From positions 3,500-67,499 of the forward strand of contig USDK01000002.1 in the NCBI GenBank assembly GCA_900553355.1: DNA of 64,000 nucleotides, read 5' to 3'. The position numbers and the translations under genes are program-made. Below the pieces are notes generated by a model. It ran no database searches, had not been told where the DNA came from, and was given only the letters and a program-made list of their open reading frames with translations. Numbering within the stretch: position 1 is the stretch's first letter; every line of letters starts with the position of its first letter. The stretch is from an uncultured Lachnospiraceae bacterium (GTDB taxonomy: Bacteria > Bacillota > Clostridia > Lachnospirales > Lachnospiraceae). Positions 43,182 through 52,406 of the stretch are shown here, piece by piece.

Positions 43182-44033
43182 TTATCCTTCCTTTGAACCT
43201 GTTGATGTTACACCTTCTACAATCTGTTTGGAGAACAGAGAATAGATGATAATAACCGGTATGGTTACCAGTGTAATAACTGCGAGTGTCTGTCCCATCG
43301 TCGTATTTTCATTAGATGTGATAGAGTTAAGACCGATCTGGGCTGTCAGAAGATCGCTGGAAGTAAAGACCAGTGACGGCCACAGATAATCGTTCCATAC
43401 ATTCAGGAATGTAAATACGCTGACGGTTGCCACAACTGTTTTTGACATCGGAAGGACCATGGTGAAGAAATATTTCACAGGACCGCAGAAGTCCAGCTGG
43501 GCGGCTTCATAAACATCGTCCGGCAGGCTCACAAACACCTGGCGGAACAGGTAAATATTAAATGGATTTACGATCAGCGGTAAAATATAACCAAGGATCG
43601 TATTTAAAAGCCCGGCCTTTGCAATGATCAGGAAATGGATCGTGATAACCGTTTCAGTCGGGACGATCAGCAGCATGATAATGATCATGAGCCATTGGTC
43701 ACGGAAGGGAAATTTGATCTTTGCCAGGGCATATCCTGCAAGGCCATTTACAATAATGCTTAAAACGATCAGGATCGCCGCATAGAGAAGAGTATTTCCC
43801 ATATATCTAAGGAAGCTTGTATCCGTGATGATGGAAATGTAGTTGTCCAGAAAACTTCCGCTCAGAGCCGGAGGTATGAACGCTGCAATAGAGTTCATAT
43901 CTGCTGTGATCGCTGCATCCGGCTTAAAGGAGTTGGCCAGCATCCAGATGACCGGGAACAGGAAGAAGATGGACAGAACCAGCAGCACAACTACAAGTAT
44001 CCAGTTAATTCGCCTTTGCTTTTTTGTCAACAT
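43182..44033 (-). CDS. Carbohydrate ABC transporter permease
   Basis: EAAQLD, WNDYLWP. Confidence 0.92.
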   Translation of the reverse strand: MLTKKQRRINWILVVVLLVLSIFFLFPVIWMLANSFKPDAAITADMNSIAAFIPPALSGSFLDNYISIITDTSFLRYMGNTLLYAAILIVLSIIVNGLAGYALAKIKFPFRDQWLMIIIMLLIVPTETVITIHFLIIAKAGLLNTILGYILPLIVNPFNIYLFRQVFVSLPDDVYEAAQLDFCGPVKYFFTMVLPMSKTVVATVSVFTFLNVWNDYLWPSLVFTSSDLLTAQIGLNSITSNENTTMGQTLAVITLVTIPVIIIYSLFSKQIVEGVTSTGSKEG

Positions 44034-44904
44034 GCTTTTTTCCCTCCCTGTCTTTTGTCAGTATGTTCTGGATGATCGTCAGTATTACAACAAATACTGT
44101 AAATACAATTGCCATAGTAGAAGCCAGGCCCATCTCCCAGTTGACGGTACCTGTTTCGTAAATGTCGTACACAATGGTGTAAGTGGAGTGATCCGGTCCG
44201 CCTCCGGTCATGACCATCGGCTGTACCAGCATACGGAATGCACCAATGGTAACCGTGATAAATACGAATACGCACAAAGGCTTCAGTTCCGGCAGTGTAA
44301 TATCTTTGAATTTCTGCCAGGCGGTTGCGTGATCCATTTCGGCAGCCTCGTAGAGTGCAGGATTGATATTCTGCAGACCGCCAAGGAAGATGATCATCTG
44401 ATAGCCGACGCCCTGCCATACACTCATGATGGCGATGGACGGCAGTGCCTGATCTGCGCTGTGGATAAACGGCTGCGTATCGATCCCGAAGTTGGCAAGC
44501 AGTGTATTAAGAATGCCTTCCGGGCTGTAGATCTGCATCCACAGTGTGGATACAACGGCCAGTGACATAACAACAGGCACGAAAAAGGCCACTTTAAAAT
44601 ATTTCTTGCAGTGAGCCGCTTTGTTAATGGCCAGCGCCAGCAGAAGGGCGCCGCCGCACTGCAGAGGCACGATAATGATTACAAATTTAACAGTATTTGT
44701 AAATGATTGTACAAAAAGTTCATCTTTAAAAATACCTATGTAGTTTTCCAGTCCCACAAAGTGCGTAAGTTCCGGGTTCAACGCGAAATAATCGGTAAAG
44801 CTGAATCCCAGGGTCAGCAGCATAGGCAGGAACAAAAAGATGGTCAGCAATAACAGCGCAGGACCGAAAAACGCCATTCCCATAATTGAATTTTTCTTTT
44901 TCAT
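44005..44904 (-). CDS. Carbohydrate ABC transporter permease
   Basis: LYEAAEMD, ITLP, MTGGGP. Confidence 0.92.
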   Translation of the reverse strand: MKKKNSIMGMAFFGPALLLLTIFLFLPMLLTLGFSFTDYFALNPELTHFVGLENYIGIFKDELFVQSFTNTVKFVIIIVPLQCGGALLLALAINKAAHCKKYFKVAFFVPVVMSLAVVSTLWMQIYSPEGILNTLLANFGIDTQPFIHSADQALPSIAIMSVWQGVGYQMIIFLGGLQNINPALYEAAEMDHATAWQKFKDITLPELKPLCVFVFITVTIGAFRMLVQPMVMTGGGPDHSTYTIVYDIYETGTVNWEMGLASTMAIVFTVFVVILTIIQNILTKDREGKKHVDKKAKAN

Positions 44905-44907
44905 ATT

Positions 44908-46230
44908 CTAATCCCTCGTATAACGTTCCAGTTTTGAGTCAATTCGTTTCACAGCTCCATCCAGTTCCGATTGTACGTCATTTCCACTTAATGCGACACC
45001 TTCCAGTACTTCCTGGAAGCAGGTGCTGACCTGTGGATATACCGGCGTCTTCGGTCTCGGATGGCCATAGGTGCTCAACTGATTGTAAAGAGCGCTGTAA
45101 TTTTCGTCAGTCTGGAATACATCAATGTTTTCAAACGCCTCATAGGTGGAAGGGAAGTTCTTGGTCATATCCCAGATACGGATTCCGCTGTCTACGCCGC
45201 TCATCCATTTTACCAGTTCTGTGGCGCCTTCCAGTTCTTCGGTTTCAGAAGAAGCTGCGAAAGCCCAGGAGCCTGTCGGAGTATATGCGCCGCCGTCCCA
45301 GTCATCGCTCACTACATAAGGCGCAACGCCCAGGTTCAGATCCTTGTAGCTGTTATAAACAGTATTGACTTCCCAGGCACCGTCAAATTTGAATGCCGCG
45401 CGGCCGCTCTCAAAGAGCTGGTCGATGGGCGCTTTAGACATATAGCCGTTTTCAACAATGGAGCGGAAATATTTCATCGCTGCTGCAGTCTTGTCAGAAT
45501 TAAAATATCCGTCAACAGTCAGCCCGTCTTCGCTTACAAGCTCTCCGCCTCCGGACCATACAAATGGGGCAAAATAGTAGATACTCGTTTCGCCTACCGG
45601 GAAGGTCATGTCTAAGGGATATCCGTCTTTTTCTTCCATCAGAGGTTTCAGCTGTTCCAGAATGTCCGAAAACTCTGACCAGGTCCATGGATGATCTGCA
45701 TCCGGAACTTCGATACCGGCTTCATCCAGGATGTCTTTATTATAGTAAAGACCAACGCTGGATTCCATGACGCCCAGGGCATACAGTTTATCATTTACCG
45801 TCCCCTGCTCAATAATAGAGGGAAGGTACTGGCTTTTCTCCTCGTCGGTCAATTCAGCCAGCGGCTGTATGATGCCGTTTGCCGCATAAGCAGCGATATT
45901 AGGCCCGTCTACTGTCAGGACGTCCGGTAATCCGCCCGACATGACGGAGGCATTGACCTTATCTGAATATCCGCCGCCGCTGTCGTTTCTGGGGACAAAT
46001 TCGATGTCGGCAAAATATTGTCCGTCATAAGCCTCGTTAAAACTTTCTACCGATTCCTTGTACGCCTGCCCTTCCTCAGTGTCTTCGATTGAGTGAACCC
46101 ATATGGAAAGATATTTCTCACCGCTGTCATAGCCGGCGACCTCACCAGGCTTTGGATCCTTCTGCTGACAGCCGCCCAGGCATGCCGCGGCCAGAAAAAC
46201 ACCCATCAGGCACAGCAACCGTTTTTTCAT
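44908..46230 (-). CDS. Carbohydrate ABC substrate-binding lipoprotein
   Basis: LGGC lipobox; LPDV, LYYNKD, PWTW.E. Confidence 0.92.
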   Translation of the reverse strand: MKKRLLCLMGVFLAAACLGGCQQKDPKPGEVAGYDSGEKYLSIWVHSIEDTEEGQAYKESVESFNEAYDGQYFADIEFVPRNDSGGGYSDKVNASVMSGGLPDVLTVDGPNIAAYAANGIIQPLAELTDEEKSQYLPSIIEQGTVNDKLYALGVMESSVGLYYNKDILDEAGIEVPDADHPWTWSEFSDILEQLKPLMEEKDGYPLDMTFPVGETSIYYFAPFVWSGGGELVSEDGLTVDGYFNSDKTAAAMKYFRSIVENGYMSKAPIDQLFESGRAAFKFDGAWEVNTVYNSYKDLNLGVAPYVVSDDWDGGAYTPTGSWAFAASSETEELEGATELVKWMSGVDSGIRIWDMTKNFPSTYEAFENIDVFQTDENYSALYNQLSTYGHPRPKTPVYPQVSTCFQEVLEGVALSGNDVQSELDGAVKRIDSKLERYTRD

Positions 46231-46280
46231 TCCATCTCCTCCTTTAGCCTTTCATGTTATAATTGTAGTGCAACCTTATT

Positions 46281-46440
46281 GTAACCGGTAAAGTAACCGG
46301 TTCTTTTAATGAAATCATAGTGCTTTAGAAAAGGAATGTCAATAGAAAGATACGTAGAGAACTGCACTTTCGGCATATGTTATATTTTTGTCCCATCATT
46401 TCTGTACACATTTGACAAAACCGGTTCCGGAATCGGTTAC
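46281..46440. promoter_or_regulatory. Divergent promoter region with four LacI-type operator boxes (consensus GTAACCGGTTAC)
   Basis: Boxes at 46281, 46293, 46417 and 46429; minus-strand promoter TTGACA (46342-46337), 17 bp, TATGAT (46319-46314). Confidence 0.75.
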
Positions 46441-46527
46441 TTTATTGATTTTACGGGCCTCTCTTTGTTATACTATAGACACGGACGGAATGCTGCCGGG
46501 GAGCCGGCAGAGAAGGGAAGGAAAAGA

Positions 46528-47553
46528 ATGAAATCAAAAAAAGTCACATTTGCAGATATCGCAGCTTATACAAATTTTTCTAAGACTACGATTTCCAGAT
46601 ATTTCAATGACCCGGATTCACTGACACTGGAAAATCAGAAAAAGATCGCGGACGCTCTGGTGGCTCTGGATTATAAAGAGAATAAGGTGGGACGGATACT
46701 GGCCAGTGGAAGGACGGAGTTTGTGGGCGTGATTATTCCCAATCTTTATATGCATTACTATTCAGAGATGCTCAGTCAGATTCTTTCCACTTATGAAAAA
46801 TACGGATATAAATTTCTGGTTTTTGCAGGAAACGAACATGCAGATATCGAGAGACAATATATACAGGAGCTGATGGCTTATAATATTGAAGGAATGATTA
46901 TTTTAAGTCCGACGATTCCTTCGATAGAGCTTGCATCTTATCATGTACCGGTAGTGGGAATTGAGCGGGAGGATCGCTATATTTCCAGTGTGAATACGGA
47001 TAATTATATGGGAGGAGTTCAGGCGGCCAGCCTGCTTCGGGAAAGCGACTGTGACATCCTGGTTCATGTAAATGCAGATATGAAGGAGGATGCGCCGGCT
47101 TATGGACGGGTCCGGGGATTTGTGGATACCTGTGAGGAAAATCATGTTCCCTATGAACTGATTTTGACCCATCTGGGCAGTACGTTTGAAGAGAGCCGTG
47201 AGAAAGTTTCGGAAATTCTTGACCGCATCAACGAGAAATATCCGGGAAAGAAAAAAGGTATTTTTATGCCGAACGATACCCATGCCAACGTTCTTTTGAA
47301 TCTTTTGTTTCAGAGATACGGGAAGCTTCCGGAAACATATCAGATTATAGGTTTTGACGATTCGCCGATTTCAAGGGAAGCGGTTATCCCGACCAGCACA
47401 GTGGGACAGCAGATATCAGTGATAGCCGGGGAAGCGATGGAAATACTTTCTCAGCAGATGAATGAACGAAAAAAAAGAAGGCCGATTCCGATAAAGGAGC
47501 CGGTACACAGGATTATTCCGCCAGTTTTGATCCGCAGGGGCACGACTGTCTGA
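46528..47553 (+). CDS. LacI-family repressor (ScrR-like)
   Basis: VTFADIA....SKTTISRYFN HTH; IIGFDD. Confidence 0.93.
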   Translation: MKSKKVTFADIAAYTNFSKTTISRYFNDPDSLTLENQKKIADALVALDYKENKVGRILASGRTEFVGVIIPNLYMHYYSEMLSQILSTYEKYGYKFLVFAGNEHADIERQYIQELMAYNIEGMIILSPTIPSIELASYHVPVVGIEREDRYISSVNTDNYMGGVQAASLLRESDCDILVHVNADMKEDAPAYGRVRGFVDTCEENHVPYELILTHLGSTFEESREKVSEILDRINEKYPGKKKGIFMPNDTHANVLLNLLFQRYGKLPETYQIIGFDDSPISREAVIPTSTVGQQISVIAGEAMEILSQQMNERKKRRPIPIKEPVHRIIPPVLIRRGTTV

Positions 47554-47567
47554 CAGTCGTGCTTTTT
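47540..47567 (+). terminator. Terminator overlapping the lacI-family stop codon
   Basis: GCACGACTGT-CTG-ACAGTCGTGCTTTTT. Confidence 0.75.
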
Positions 47568-47615
47568 GCTTTCGATTATTTCTGATTATTTTTCAGATAT
47601 TAGGGCAGAAAGAAT

Positions 47616-47650
47616 TTGACTCCCAATTGGTATCATGATATAATACCAAT
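47616..47650 (+). promoter_or_regulatory. Sigma-A promoter overlapped by an inverted-repeat operator
   Basis: TTGACT, 17 bp, TATAAT (TG-extended); ATTGGTAT-N9-ATACCAAT at 47626-47650. Confidence 0.75.
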
Positions 47651-47677
47651 GAAAAATTCGGATAAGGAGGGACGCCT

Positions 47678-48727
47678 GTGGAAACGACGGAACTTCGGTA
47701 TATTGATTTAAAAAATTATATCTGCCGTCAGATCTATGAAGGGGTATACCAGGACGGGGAAAAAATCCCGTCGGAGCGGCAGATGGCTGTGGATTATGAG
47801 GTCAGCCGGATTACGGTGAGGAAAGCGCTGGAACTTCTGGAAGAAGAGGAATTGATCGTAAGAGAAGTGGGAAATGGGACAACGGTGACCTTAAAAAATC
47901 ATGGAAATGAGACGTCTCTGGATGTGATTGCGCTGGCAGCGCCGTCCAGGAACCCCTTTTTTGCTCATTTTATCGCCAAATTCCAGCGGTGCGCGTGGGA
48001 GCATGATGCATTGCTGTTATATGTGGAAGCGCCGGAGCATACTGCCCTGGAGGACTGTCTGTACCGGCTGTACAGTAAAAATATCCGTAACGCCGTGGTC
48101 TGGCCGGATGACAGAAGTGTAGATCAGGAGAAGCTTTTCAGGCTGCGCAGTATCGGCATGAATCTGGTGTTTTTTGACACAGATGCTGCCGGGGATTATG
48201 CAGACAGTGTTTTTGTAGACAATATTGATGCAGTGCGGACGCTGCTTGAGCAGGAGCCGGAGAAGCACAAACAGTATCTGTATATTGGATGGGATAACCA
48301 GCAGGTAGGGAACATCCGGAAAAGAGAAGAAAGTTTTCGAAAATTCTGTCCCGATGGCCAGGTGTATCATGTACCGTGGAGACGGGACCGGCAGATGGCG
48401 GAAGCTTCAAAGAGAGAGATAAAAAAACTGTCTGACAGGATGACAGATGGTATGATCCTGTGCGGTACCGGAGAACTGGCGCAGCAGACGGCAGAAGCCA
48501 TCTGGGGCCCGGGGATGCCGGAAGAATCGCAGAAGGAGAGAATTGCGCTGGCGGCTATCGATGATTTTGAAGGATCCGGCAGATATCCGGTGTCTGTATA
48601 TAATCAGGATCTTGAGAAAGCAGCCAGAGAAATCTATCAGAGCCTGGAGCGACAGAGCCGGGAAGGAAGAAAGTGGAAAGCGCAGATTATCCCTGTCAAG
48701 GGAGATTATAAAGGAAAACAGGTATGA
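47678..48727 (+). CDS. GntR-family regulator with a sugar-binding-like C-terminal domain (AraR-like architecture)
   Basis: KIPSER....VSRITVRKAL wHTH; C-terminal V..DN, AIDD; GTG start after AAGGAGG. Confidence 0.85.
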   Translation: METTELRYIDLKNYICRQIYEGVYQDGEKIPSERQMAVDYEVSRITVRKALELLEEEELIVREVGNGTTVTLKNHGNETSLDVIALAAPSRNPFFAHFIAKFQRCAWEHDALLLYVEAPEHTALEDCLYRLYSKNIRNAVVWPDDRSVDQEKLFRLRSIGMNLVFFDTDAAGDYADSVFVDNIDAVRTLLEQEPEKHKQYLYIGWDNQQVGNIRKREESFRKFCPDGQVYHVPWRRDRQMAEASKREIKKLSDRMTDGMILCGTGELAQQTAEAIWGPGMPEESQKERIALAAIDDFEGSGRYPVSVYNQDLEKAAREIYQSLERQSREGRKWKAQIIPVKGDYKGKQV

Positions 48728-48743
48728 AAGGAGAAATTGTAAG

Positions 48744-49757
48744 ATGGAACGAGTAAATCCAGTGTTAGTGCCGCAAAGAAAGCTGTCCAATGGAATGGTG
48801 ATACCGGGAATCGGTATGGGAACTTTCGGCAATGACCGTTATTCTTCAGAAGAAGTGTCCGATGCTGTGTATGGAGCGATCAAGGCCGGTTATCGTCTTT
48901 TTGACTGTGCGGCCTCTTATGGAAATGAGGCGGAGATCGGCAAGGTATTTGCCAGGGCTTTTGCTGATGGGATCGTCCAGAGGCAGGAACTGACGATCAT
49001 GTCAAAGGTCTGGAATGATATGCATGGGAAAGGAGACGTACTGGTAGCCTGTGCAAAGACGCTGCGTGATCTGGGACTTTCCTATCTGGATATCTATATG
49101 GTACATTGGCCATTCCCCAATTATCATGCACCGGGAGCACACCTGGAAGGCAGAAATCCGGATGCGGTTCCTTTTTCCCTGGAAGAATATATGACGACCT
49201 GGCGGCAGATGGAACGCCTGGTGGATCTGGGGCTGGTGAGGAGCATCGGCATGTCTAATATGACGATCACCAAGCTTTCTAAGGTGCTGCCTCTGTGCAG
49301 GATCAAGCCCACTGTGCTGGAGGTAGAGATCAATCCCACGTTCCAGCAGCCAAAGCTGTTTGAGTACTGTAAGGCCCATGATATTCAGCTGATCGCGTTC
49401 AGCCCGATGGGATCTCCCTGCAGACCGGAACGTGACACGGAAGAGGGGGATGTGGTGACCTTTGAACTTCCGGAGCTGAAGGAGATTGCCAGGGCTCATG
49501 GATGCCATCCGGCTACCATCTGTGTGAAATGGGCGGTGCAGAGGGGACAGATCCCAATCCCGTTCTCAGTGTTTGAAAAGGAATATGTTGGGAATCTGCA
49601 ATGTACGACAGAAGATTTCCTTACAGAAGAGGAGATGGAAATATTAAGAAAGGCAGATAAAAATGCCCGTCTGATCAAGGGAAAAGTGTTCCTGTGGGAA
49701 GATGCAAAAGACTGGCGGGATATCTGGGATGGTGAAGATGAATGGAATACTTTGTAG
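48744..49757 (+). CDS. Aldo/keto reductase
   Basis: GMGT, DCAASY, SKVWN, VHWP catalytic tetrad, SIGMSN. Confidence 0.92.
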   Translation: MERVNPVLVPQRKLSNGMVIPGIGMGTFGNDRYSSEEVSDAVYGAIKAGYRLFDCAASYGNEAEIGKVFARAFADGIVQRQELTIMSKVWNDMHGKGDVLVACAKTLRDLGLSYLDIYMVHWPFPNYHAPGAHLEGRNPDAVPFSLEEYMTTWRQMERLVDLGLVRSIGMSNMTITKLSKVLPLCRIKPTVLEVEINPTFQQPKLFEYCKAHDIQLIAFSPMGSPCRPERDTEEGDVVTFELPELKEIARAHGCHPATICVKWAVQRGQIPIPFSVFEKEYVGNLQCTTEDFLTEEEMEILRKADKNARLIKGKVFLWEDAKDWRDIWDGEDEWNTL

Positions 49758-51220
49758 GAATTGATCTTGGGACATCAAGTGTGCGTGCGGTGGCCGTGGA
49801 CGCGGCAGGGAAAACAGCAGCGGCAGGCCAGTGTGAATACGACATCAAAAAGCCCGGGCTGGACCGGGCAGAGCAGGATATGAACCAGCTGTGGGAGGCT
49901 ACGGTGCTTGCCATCCGTAAGATGCTGGAAGAGAAACCGGAAATCAGGACGCAGATAAAAGGAATCGGATTCTCCGGTCAGATGCACGGCCTGGTGATGG
50001 TAGATCAAGAGATCCGTCCTTTGGGGAACGCGATCATCTGGGCAGATCAGCGGACCGGAAAGCAGATTTCCCATATCTATGAGACGGTTCCTGAAGAAGA
50101 ATTCGGGAAAGTATTTGAGAACCGTCTGAGTGCAGGATTTCTTCTGCCCTCTCTGGTGTGGGTGCGGGAGAAAGAGCCGGAGACTTATGAGAAGATTTAT
50201 AAGGTCATGCTGCCAAAGGATTATATCCGCTACAAAATCTGCGGAGAACTTGGGACAGATGCATCTGATGCCAGCAGTACCGGTATGTGGGATATGAAGC
50301 ATCGTACCTGGGCTTATGACATCCTGAAAAAACTGGATATTTCCCGGGACTTTCTGGTAGAAAGTCATGAGCCTTACGAAGAGGCGGGACGGGTGACGGA
50401 AGAGTGTGCCGGGCTCACCGGTCTTGCGAAGGGAACCTTTGTGGCATACGGCGGTGGGGATTCTCTGATGATGGAGCTGGGAAACGGGATGATCCGGGGA
50501 GGTCTGATGGCCTCTACCATTGGTACGGCATGTCATCTGACCTGTGCGCTGGATGCACCGCTCTATGATCCGAAGCTGCGCACCAATACCTGGTGCCATG
50601 GAGGAGAACATCTGTGGAGTATCATGGGAGCCCATTTGAGCGGCGGTGTTGCCCTGAAGTGGCTGAAAAATAATATCCTGGGTTCTGAGAGCTTTGATGC
50701 GATGACTGCGCTGGCCGGGGAGGTTCCGGCTGGAAGCGAAGGCCTTCTCTTTCTGCCTTATTTAAACGGCGAGCGTACACCTCACAATGATCCGAATGCC
50801 AAAGCCGTTTATCTGGGAATGACGCTCAGGCATGATAAGCGGCATCTGATCCGCAGTACCATGGAAGGGATTGTTTACAGCATGAAAGAGTCATACGCGA
50901 TCTTTCGTTCTCTGGGGATCAAAGGAGACCGGATCATTGCGGCAGGAGGAGGAGCAAAGAGCGATCTGTTCCGTCAGATCCAGGCGGATATGTATGACTG
51001 TCCGATCTATACCAACCAGGGCAAAGAGCAGGCCAGCATCGGTGCGGCTATGACTGCCGCGGTGGGAAGCGGATATTATAAGGATTATGAAGAAGCCTGC
51101 AGTCAGATGGTACACTTAAGTTCCGAGGTGACAGAACCGATTCCGGAGAACGTAAAATTATATGAGGAAGAGTTCCTTCGCTTTAAAGAGATATATTTTG
51201 CAAATAAGGCATTGTTTTAA
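49742..51220 (+). CDS. xylB: Xylulokinase-like FGGY kinase
   Basis: GIDLGTSS, SGQMHG, W.DQR, LPYLNGERTP, GGGAKS. Confidence 0.8.
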   Translation: MEYFVGIDLGTSSVRAVAVDAAGKTAAAGQCEYDIKKPGLDRAEQDMNQLWEATVLAIRKMLEEKPEIRTQIKGIGFSGQMHGLVMVDQEIRPLGNAIIWADQRTGKQISHIYETVPEEEFGKVFENRLSAGFLLPSLVWVREKEPETYEKIYKVMLPKDYIRYKICGELGTDASDASSTGMWDMKHRTWAYDILKKLDISRDFLVESHEPYEEAGRVTEECAGLTGLAKGTFVAYGGGDSLMMELGNGMIRGGLMASTIGTACHLTCALDAPLYDPKLRTNTWCHGGEHLWSIMGAHLSGGVALKWLKNNILGSESFDAMTALAGEVPAGSEGLLFLPYLNGERTPHNDPNAKAVYLGMTLRHDKRHLIRSTMEGIVYSMKESYAIFRSLGIKGDRIIAAGGGAKSDLFRQIQADMYDCPIYTNQGKEQASIGAAMTAAVGSGYYKDYEEACSQMVHLSSEVTEPIPENVKLYEEEFLRFKEIYFANKALF

Positions 51221-51290
51221 CAGACGTTTTGCATTATAATAAGACCAGAAAGTTTTTTAAACATCTTAATAAAGTAGGAGGGTCTGAGAC

Positions 51291-52340
51291 ATGGATGGAA
51301 AAATGAAAGTAGCGGTCATGACCGGGATCGGCAAAATGGGATTTGAAGAGAGAGAGATCCCGAAGCCGGCAGCAGATGAAGTACTGGTAAAGCTGGAGTA
51401 TGTGGGGATCTGCGGATCTGACATGCATTACTATGAGACAGGAGCGATCGGAGACTATGTGGTAGAACCGCCGTTTGTATTAGGACATGAGCCGGGCGGA
51501 ACCGTCGTAGAGGTGGGAGCGGATGTAAAGCACCTGAAAGTCGGTGACCGTGTGGCGCTGGAGCCAGGTAAGACCTGCGGAAAATGTGAATTCTGCAAAC
51601 AGGGCAAATATAACCTCTGCCCGGATGTTATTTTCTTTGCAACACCGCCGGTAGATGGAGTTTTCCAGGAGTATGTGGCTCATGAAGCGGATCTTTGCTT
51701 CAAGCTTCCGGACAATGTAAGCACTCTGGAGGGAGCCTTGATCGAGCCCCTGGCAGTAGGTTTCCACGCAGCCATCCAGGGGGATGCGCATCTGGGACAG
51801 AAAGCGGTTGTTATGGGAGCAGGATGTATCGGACTGGTATCTATGATGGCGCTGAAGGCAAGAGGAGTTACAGAGGTTTATGTGGTGGATCTGATGGATA
51901 AGCGTCTGGAAAAGGCTATGGAGCTTGGCGCTACCGGAGTGATCAATGGGGGCAAAGAAGATGTGGTGGCCAAGATCAAAGAACTGACCGGAGGACTTGG
52001 CGCCGACCTGATCATTGAGACAGCCGGATCTCAGCCGACAACTGTTCAGGCAATCCATGCAGCAAAGAAAGGCTCTACCATCGTTCTGGTGGGCTACAGC
52101 AAGAGCGGAGAGATGACACTTCCGATGAGCCTTGCCCTGGATAAGGAGCTGACCTTTAAGACCGTATTCCGTTACCGCCATATCTATCCGATTGCCATCG
52201 ACGCAGTAGCAAAAGGAAAGGTAAACTTAAAAGGAATCGTTACAGACATTTTCACACTGGATCAGGCTCAGGAAGCCATGGATCGCAGCGTACATGATAA
52301 AGCAGACATCGTAAAAGCAGTAATTAAGATTGCAGAGTAA
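51291..52340 (+). CDS. Zn-dependent NAD+ polyol dehydrogenase (sorbitol/xylitol DH-like)
   Basis: GICGSD.H, GHE, C..C..C.......C structural Zn site, GAGCIG, FRY. Confidence 0.9.
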   Translation: MDGKMKVAVMTGIGKMGFEEREIPKPAADEVLVKLEYVGICGSDMHYYETGAIGDYVVEPPFVLGHEPGGTVVEVGADVKHLKVGDRVALEPGKTCGKCEFCKQGKYNLCPDVIFFATPPVDGVFQEYVAHEADLCFKLPDNVSTLEGALIEPLAVGFHAAIQGDAHLGQKAVVMGAGCIGLVSMMALKARGVTEVYVVDLMDKRLEKAMELGATGVINGGKEDVVAKIKELTGGLGADLIIETAGSQPTTVQAIHAAKKGSTIVLVGYSKSGEMTLPMSLALDKELTFKTVFRYRHIYPIAIDAVAKGKVNLKGIVTDIFTLDQAQEAMDRSVHDKADIVKAVIKIAE

Positions 52341-52342
52341 AT

Positions 52343-52389
52343 GTGAACGGGGACGTACACCTGCGCAGCAGGTGTACGTCCCCGTTTAC
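52343..52389. repeat. REP-like palindrome, copy 1 (22-bp arms, GCA loop)
   Basis: GTGAACGGGGACGTACACCTGC-GCA-GCAGGTGTACGTCCCCGTTTAC. Confidence 0.9.
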
Positions 52390-52406
52390 TGATGCTAAAC
52401 AGACGG

